DNA of 64,000 nucleotides. Source: a virus. Shown here piece after piece: positions 58,629 to 64,000 of the stretch. How positions within the stretch are numbered: position 1 is the stretch's first letter; every line of letters starts with the position of its first letter. Below the pieces are notes generated by a model that saw only the letters and a program-made list of their open reading frames with translations, did not search any database and was not told the origin of the DNA. The stretch is from positions 31,976-95,975 of the IMG/VR virus record IMGVR_UViG_3300030060_004838; one strand, 5' to 3'. Both the position numbers and the translations under genes were made by a program.

Positions 58629-58672
58629 AAGAAAGGAGGGAGTCGCCACTAATAAAAGTAGCGACAACCCTC
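58629..58672 (-). terminator. hairpin terminator after the capsid operon
   Basis: GAGGG.GTCGC.ACT-loop-AGT.GCGAC.CCCTC followed by CTTTCTTT on the minus strand. Confidence 0.6.
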
Positions 58673-58696
58673 AATTCAATTATATTATATTTTTAT

Positions 58697-59029
58697 TTAT
58701 TCTTCTTCATCAGATAGCAAAGAAATTAGTACAGATTTGTTATCAAAAGCCTTGTACTCAAGACCTTTTTCATCACAAAGAGCCTGTAATTCTTTCTTTG
58801 TTAGTGTAGATAAATCAACAGTTTCATCGACTACTTCAACAGTTTCTTCTACTGCTTCCACAACCTCAACAGTTTCCTTTACTTCTTCAACAGTTTCCTC
58901 GCCTCTAATTTCCCAACCAGCAGCGTTTCTAACTTTTAGAAGAATTTGTGCATTGACTTCTTGCCATGCTCTACCAAATTCTCTACCATAGATGCGACAA
59001 ACACCCAAAGTATATCTAACTTCTACCAT
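58697..59029 (-). CDS. protein with C-terminal HeH/SAP-like motif
   Basis: DLSTLTKKELQALCDEKGL...KSVLISLL after an E/V/T-rich linker. Confidence 0.7.
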   Translation of the reverse strand: MVEVRYTLGVCRIYGREFGRAWQEVNAQILLKVRNAAGWEIRGEETVEEVKETVEVVEAVEETVEVVDETVDLSTLTKKELQALCDEKGLEYKAFDNKSVLISLLSDEEE

Positions 59030-59040
59030 TTAATTCACCT

Positions 59041-59415
59041 TCAAGAATTGTTCTGAAGTTGTCCAAATACTCTAACCCTAATTTCTCCTACATTATCTGT
59101 ATTAGAAGCAGCAGGTACATGAATTTGGAATTCAGCATCAGAAGCAGAAGCATATTTACCACCATGAGCAGCACCTGATTGTACTTCAGCAGCAATAGCA
59201 GAAACAGCATATCCACCTGCAATAGTATCAGTAGATAGACCTGTAATTAGTACACATGAAATAGAACCTAATCCTAACTCTTGTGCAGTTACTTGTTCTC
59301 CGTTTGCAGTATATGAAGTAATATCAACCACCGCATCTACATAATATTCTGTTCCCATAACTCTTGGTGCAGTAGAACCTAAATGGTCTGCAATTAATGT
59401 TATTGTTTTAGTCAT
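59041..59415 (-). CDS. head decoration/cement protein (putative)
   Basis: directly after MCP; SYTANGE..ELGL..RVRVFG. Confidence 0.55.
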   Translation of the reverse strand: MTKTITLIADHLGSTAPRVMGTEYYVDAVVDITSYTANGEQVTAQELGLGSISCVLITGLSTDTIAGGYAVSAIAAEVQSGAAHGGKYASASDAEFQIHVPAASNTDNVGEIRVRVFGQLQNNS

Positions 59416-59444
59416 TTTTAATCACCTAATAAAGTTAATTAACC

Positions 59445-60749
59445 TCAAGATAGGTTAGTAATCTTTCCTTGTGCTTTCAAATATGTACAAACAACTTCAC
59501 CAATGGTACGATACATACCTTTGTTTCGTAGACCATCAACCGAGAACGGGTCACCAGAATCAATACCAGTTTCAAAGTACTCAGTTGGTTTCAAAGTAGC
59601 AAAGTGCAAATGGTCAGTATCAAGAATGAAAATATCACTCAATCCACTACCTGAACCTGTGCTTCCCATTTCCTTACAAGGAATGATTGGAATATCGTGA
59701 TAAGTAGCAACCTTAAATCCAATTTCTCTACCCTTTACACCCTTAATACCATTTACAGTAGGTAGGACTTCTGTTCTTCCCATGAATCTTTCTTGAGATT
59801 GTAGAAGTTCTCCTAATGCTTGAATAGTATCATATCCTGTTAGAATAACCTTTGGTGAAGCACCACGAATTTGCAATTCTCTTAGAGCAGTATTTAGCAA
59901 GTTAAGAGTAAGTGGTCTTCGTGAAGCATAATCTCCAAAAGATACAAAAGAGTCCATCCAAACATTGTTAGCGGTAGCAGTTCTATCTTTACCATATAGA
60001 GTCTTCATGTTTGTTGATAGAGCACCAGCAAACAATCCACCGCCATCAGCAGCCTCTAATTCTTCCTTTGATGTAATAATTTCATATAGAGAATGAATGT
60101 TGTTTTCAGCACCTGAAACAATTCCACCTGCACCATCAGACTTAGATTCCAATGGAGTTAATAGCATATGGTTCATCATTTCAGCGTGTGTAACACCGAC
60201 TTCTTCTCTATAAGCAGCCATAATATCGCCAATTCCATCATCAATCTTTGCCATAGCAGCAGCAAGTTCTGAAATCTCGAATTGATGAGCAATAGTTTTA
60301 GGAGAAACATATAGTGTTTCATACTTTGGTGCAATAGGAGAAAATCCATCAGTAGCACTTGTAGTAAATGATGCGTTTTCTGCAACACCACCAATAATAC
60401 CTTCTGTTTGACTTCCTTGACCTGTTCCACCTGTTAGATTAATCAAATCTCCTTGACCACCTAATGCTCGCTCAATCATGACTCTCCAGCCGCTTGACTG
60501 ATATGGCTTTTTAGGTAGCATAGCAAATGCGTTAATTTCACGGTTTAGCATAGACCAAACTTTCTGTCCATAAACCAAATTGTATAGAGCATTAGGAGTA
60601 AAAGCACCAGCGTTAGAATCCGAGTGAATTCCTGTATTTACACCAGCAGCCAATCCATAAGCCTTTAGAAGATTATTACTTCCAAAAGTGCCACCATAGG
60701 TTGCAGCCTCTAAATCTTGTATTGTTCTAATTTTATTAATTCCTGTCAT
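59445..60749 (-). CDS. major capsid protein (HK97 fold)
   Basis: follows the prohead protease; YGQKVWSMLN, PKTIAH, YHDIPII, IFILD, QGKITNL; GGAAGTGA SD before MTGIN. Confidence 0.88.
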   Translation of the reverse strand: MTGINKIRTIQDLEAATYGGTFGSNNLLKAYGLAAGVNTGIHSDSNAGAFTPNALYNLVYGQKVWSMLNREINAFAMLPKKPYQSSGWRVMIERALGGQGDLINLTGGTGQGSQTEGIIGGVAENASFTTSATDGFSPIAPKYETLYVSPKTIAHQFEISELAAAMAKIDDGIGDIMAAYREEVGVTHAEMMNHMLLTPLESKSDGAGGIVSGAENNIHSLYEIITSKEELEAADGGGLFAGALSTNMKTLYGKDRTATANNVWMDSFVSFGDYASRRPLTLNLLNTALRELQIRGASPKVILTGYDTIQALGELLQSQERFMGRTEVLPTVNGIKGVKGREIGFKVATYHDIPIIPCKEMGSTGSGSGLSDIFILDTDHLHFATLKPTEYFETGIDSGDPFSVDGLRNKGMYRTIGEVVCTYLKAQGKITNLS

Positions 60750-60789
60750 ATTTTTCACTTCCTTTTTTTATTTTGGATTCTTATAAGAA

Positions 60790-61536
60790 TCAGCCTTGCA
60801 CCTCACGAACAAGGTCATTAATTTCATCCCAAGACATTTCACCAATATTGTTCATCTTTGCGATTACATCTTCGGATAGTCCTGTTGGAGTTGTTGCTTC
60901 TGTAACTTGCTTTGCAATTACTTCATTGTTTGATTCAAGAGATTTACGAAGTTCAGCAAACTCATTCTTTAGAGCAGTAACTTCAGCACTTGCATCATAG
61001 TTAGACTTAGCAATAGCATCTGCTTCAGCCTTTAATTCAGCATTATATCGTGCCTCAAATTCATTCTTAATCAAATCATATGCTCTTGCTTCTTCTTTTT
61101 CAGCCTTAAATTGTGCATATGCCTTTGCTACATTTTCTTCACTTAGGTCAAGAGTTTCAAGAGTTTCAGACTTTCGAGCAATAAATTCACTAAACTCGGA
61201 ATCAAATCTTCCTGTTAGGTTGCTTTCGCCCATTTTCTGTCCTGTTGCATTGTGTCCATATACGATTGAATCAGCCGCTTTCTTTTCTTTATCTCCTTCA
61301 GCCATATCTTCTTCATCGTCATTAGATTCAGCCTTGTATGACAAATCTTCTTCATCATCCATTGACTCTTTATCTTCTTCTGCCATCATTTCTTCATCAC
61401 TACGACCAGCCATCATTTCTTCGTTAGCCATTGATTCTTCATCTTCCTTAACTACTACATTGTTGTTAATTTGATTTCTGAGTTGGCCTACAATGTCTTC
61501 AAACTCGCTTAGTGCTTTACTAATTTCATCGGTCAT
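60790..61536 (-). CDS. nested in-frame scaffolding protein
   Basis: internal ATG (MTDEI) preceded by AAAGGAAGTGAAAAA, the same SD as MCP. Confidence 0.6.
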   Translation of the reverse strand: MTDEISKALSEFEDIVGQLRNQINNNVVVKEDEESMANEEMMAGRSDEEMMAEEDKESMDDEEDLSYKAESNDDEEDMAEGDKEKKAADSIVYGHNATGQKMGESNLTGRFDSEFSEFIARKSETLETLDLSEENVAKAYAQFKAEKEEARAYDLIKNEFEARYNAELKAEADAIAKSNYDASAEVTALKNEFAELRKSLESNNEVIAKQVTEATTPTGLSEDVIAKMNNIGEMSWDEINDLVREVQG

Positions 61537-62097
61537 TTTTTCACTTCCTTTATTTTTATTTTCCTTTACGATTTCAAATTTGGCTTCAGGGTTAATTCCT
61601 TCTTCGCAAATTGTTATCTCATGGAGTTCTAACTTATCTATTTCTTTGTATGTTCCTATATCGGGGTCGTGAACATTATGCTTATTTATAGCCTGTCCAC
61701 CAATACTAAAAGAACGAAGTTTGCCTCTCTTAATATCTCTTGCAACTTCTTTCGCTTTTTCAATATCGTTCCTCATTTTTATAACTACAAAGAATCCTGT
61801 ATCATCGCAACCTGTCTTTAACAAATTGCCTTTTGTATCTGTGTAAGAATCAATTACTTCTCCCACTTGTACATTTGAATGAGTAATCATAACATTTTTA
61901 TAATCACTTTTCATAAATTTATTAGCAGCATCATTTAATGCTTCTAATGTAATTAAATCGTTTTGCTTATCTACTACATCAACAGATGCATAACCAGCAA
62001 TAACTAAATCTCTTCCTGTTCCCTTTAATACTGCGAATTCTGAACCACTTGAGTAATGATTACCTAATCGCATAGGTCTAACCTTTAAGGAACTCAT
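60790..62097 (-). CDS. prohead protease fused to scaffold region
   Basis: IAGYAS..VDKQND, H, SFSIGG, LHEITI..NP; acidic coiled-coil C-terminal half. Confidence 0.88.
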   Translation of the reverse strand: MSSLKVRPMRLGNHYSSGSEFAVLKGTGRDLVIAGYASVDVVDKQNDLITLEALNDAANKFMKSDYKNVMITHSNVQVGEVIDSYTDTKGNLLKTGCDDTGFFVVIKMRNDIEKAKEVARDIKRGKLRSFSIGGQAINKHNVHDPDIGTYKEIDKLELHEITICEEGINPEAKFEIVKENKNKGSEKMTDEISKALSEFEDIVGQLRNQINNNVVVKEDEESMANEEMMAGRSDEEMMAEEDKESMDDEEDLSYKAESNDDEEDMAEGDKEKKAADSIVYGHNATGQKMGESNLTGRFDSEFSEFIARKSETLETLDLSEENVAKAYAQFKAEKEEARAYDLIKNEFEARYNAELKAEADAIAKSNYDASAEVTALKNEFAELRKSLESNNEVIAKQVTEATTPTGLSEDVIAKMNNIGEMSWDEINDLVREVQG

Positions 62098-62121
62098 TGG
62101 TAGTATATTTGTTTTTTCAAC

Positions 62122-62129
62122 TATATAAA
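62122..62129 (-). promoter_or_regulatory. archaeal TATA box for the protease-capsid operon
   Basis: TTTATATA 24 nt upstream of the 62097 ATG, leaderless geometry. Confidence 0.55.
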
Positions 62130-62138
62130 GGATAACCT

Positions 62139-63998
62139 TTAATCATTAGAATATGTAATAGATTTATATTTATCTTTACCTAAATCCCACAAACCTTCAT
62201 CGCTATCTTTATCAGTTGGTTTAGTTTCATAACCTGTCCATGCTATCCACTTATTTTCATCCATAATTGGTACTACTCTAATATGAAATTTACCTTGATA
62301 CATTTTACCATCTAATAAATATTCATGATAACCATCTCTTTGTGCACCTAATTTTATAATGCCTTCATCTAACATTTTATTTTTATCAGGCTTATCATCT
62401 ATTTCTGCTAAGTATTTGGTAGCCTTTCCAAACAATTCATAAATATCTTTTGTATTATCTTGTTCTATTCTCCAATTAAATGTTTTACCTTTAGCACTAT
62501 AAATAAAATTCAAATCACCATCTTCTCTTTTCCAAACTTCATATTTATCTTCAGCCTTTCCTATTTTATTAAAATCTGATTCTGGTAATTTAACTAATGT
62601 TTTTTCATCGTAATAATAAACTTTAGTTTTATCATTATACAAAATACCAAAAGCCTTTGCTCTTTCGTTAATCCATTTAATTAAATCATTATCGCTTTTT
62701 TCGTCAAACATTCTTTTAATAATATCAGGTGCTCTTTTATTTATTTCTTGAATTAATTCTTTTTTAGTAATATTTCTTTCATTAACTATCTGTGAAACAA
62801 CGGACATTAATTTACCACTATCTTTTTTGTAAAGTTTGCCTAATTCTTCTTTCCATAAATCAATATCTATAATCGCATTTTTAGCCATTAAGTTATCTTG
62901 ATAAAATCCTGATAGTACGAAACCATCAGTATCAATACTTGTATTTAATTCTACTATACCGTGTATATTATCAGTTAAAGTATAAGATTTTTTTAAGGCT
63001 TCTAAGTTATAATCTGATGCTGATTTCTTGTTATCTTTAGATAAAAACTCAAGTGTAATAATTTTTTCAGGTTCCGTAACTTCAGGTTTTTCTATAACTT
63101 TAGCACTATACACAGAAAATCCGGTTTTTGTTTTCTTTACTTCATCTACTTTAACTCTAATAATTTTACCTATTTCAGATTTAATTTTAGTATTGAGTGC
63201 TTTACCTACTGAAAGATAATCTCTATTATTATATCTTTTAATTGGTTTATATTCTTCATTACCAATTGGTCCTGCACCTAAAGTATAACTAAATGTTCCA
63301 TTTTTATTTTTTCTAACATCTAATACAAGTAAATCTAAATCAACAAACTTTTTCCATTTTACCCATTTAGGATTTTTCTTTTTACCTACTATATATGATG
63401 ACTTAGAATCTTTAATCATTACACCTTCTGATGTAGGATTATTCATAATCACCTTAGCGTATTCTTCAATTTCTTCTAATGAGTCAGCGAATCTTGTATT
63501 TGATTTAGTAGGGAATTGCAAGTAAGTATCTGAAAGTTTTGTAAATTCACCCATTAATAATCTCAATCTTTCTTCAAGTTTATTTTTCCAAATATGTTCT
63601 CCCCTTAACTTCATTATATCAAAAACATGAACCTTTAACTCAAATGCTTTATCATCCTTTTTTGAGTTAATATAAGAAATGGTATCGGCTCTATGTAATG
63701 GTTCATCGTTTTCGTATAAAACTACTTCAGCATCTAATACACATTCAGGGAAATCTTTATCCTGTAAAATTTTAATCTGTCTATCAAATTTACTTGTAAT
63801 ATCTCTATTATTAAAAGAGTAAATTTTTATTGTATTCTTTTTATGAATTTGTATTCTCATACCATCATACTTTTCTTGTACAACATATTCACCTGTAAAT
63901 CCTTTTAATTCTTTCATATCGTCTATTTCAAAAATGCGATACATTGGCTTATTAGGAATAATAAAATCATTAAGGGTATCTTTTTCTTCTTTTAACAT
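62139..63998 (-). CDS. second ATP-dependent DNA ligase with LigD phosphoesterase-like tail (may extend beyond the window)
   Basis: QEKYDGMR, LDAEV, FDI, EGVMIKD, WVKWK, VGKA; C-terminal DEG..HEYLLDG..YQGKF..W. Confidence 0.8.
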   Translation of the reverse strand: MLKEEKDTLNDFIIPNKPMYRIFEIDDMKELKGFTGEYVVQEKYDGMRIQIHKKNTIKIYSFNNRDITSKFDRQIKILQDKDFPECVLDAEVVLYENDEPLHRADTISYINSKKDDKAFELKVHVFDIMKLRGEHIWKNKLEERLRLLMGEFTKLSDTYLQFPTKSNTRFADSLEEIEEYAKVIMNNPTSEGVMIKDSKSSYIVGKKKNPKWVKWKKFVDLDLLVLDVRKNKNGTFSYTLGAGPIGNEEYKPIKRYNNRDYLSVGKALNTKIKSEIGKIIRVKVDEVKKTKTGFSVYSAKVIEKPEVTEPEKIITLEFLSKDNKKSASDYNLEALKKSYTLTDNIHGIVELNTSIDTDGFVLSGFYQDNLMAKNAIIDIDLWKEELGKLYKKDSGKLMSVVSQIVNERNITKKELIQEINKRAPDIIKRMFDEKSDNDLIKWINERAKAFGILYNDKTKVYYYDEKTLVKLPESDFNKIGKAEDKYEVWKREDGDLNFIYSAKGKTFNWRIEQDNTKDIYELFGKATKYLAEIDDKPDKNKMLDEGIIKLGAQRDGYHEYLLDGKMYQGKFHIRVVPIMDENKWIAWTGYETKPTDKDSDEGLWDLGKDKYKSITYSND

Positions 63999-64000
63999 TT

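Noticed and set aside
1-64000. Stop-codon reassignment, inteins or introns
   Set aside because: Core genes are uninterrupted and of expected length under the standard code
62139-64000. Terminase and portal genes
   Set aside because: Not seen; presumably outside the window

Overview
This window is most of the genome of an AT-rich tailed archaeal virus (Caudoviricetes, siphovirus-type tail). Its gene content matches the 'magroviruses' of Marine Group II Euryarchaeota/Poseidoniales; the host is inferred, not shown. Layout: (i) 1-3.9 kb, small early genes separated by seven copies of the palindrome ACCATATGGT, with three SD-led micro-ORFs encoding MF(F)D(D/C)DE; (ii) 3.9-4.46 kb, an origin-like noncoding region; (iii) 4.5-35.05 kb, + strand host-takeover, nucleotide-metabolism and archaeal-type replication genes (tRNA-Leu(UAA), class II RNR, TFB, DenV-like glycosylase, histone fold, ligase, RFC-L/S, RPA, RecA-like ATPase, PCNA, GMP reductase/IMPDH, PolB, Cas4-like nuclease, PriS-PriL, XPF, MCM-like helicase, DEDD nuclease); (iv) 35.3-64 kb, - strand virion module (tail fibres, tape measure, frameshifted tail chaperone, tail tube, adaptor, HK97 capsid, prohead protease with nested scaffold, second ligase). 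Best candidates for an undescribed system: a dispersed virus-encoded ubiquitin-like pathway (Ubl precursor ending GG-SV, minimal E1, JAB protease, a possible E2) alongside a viral histone and TFB, and the palindrome-linked acidic micropeptide cassettes. All annotations come from motif recognition by eye; no searches were run.
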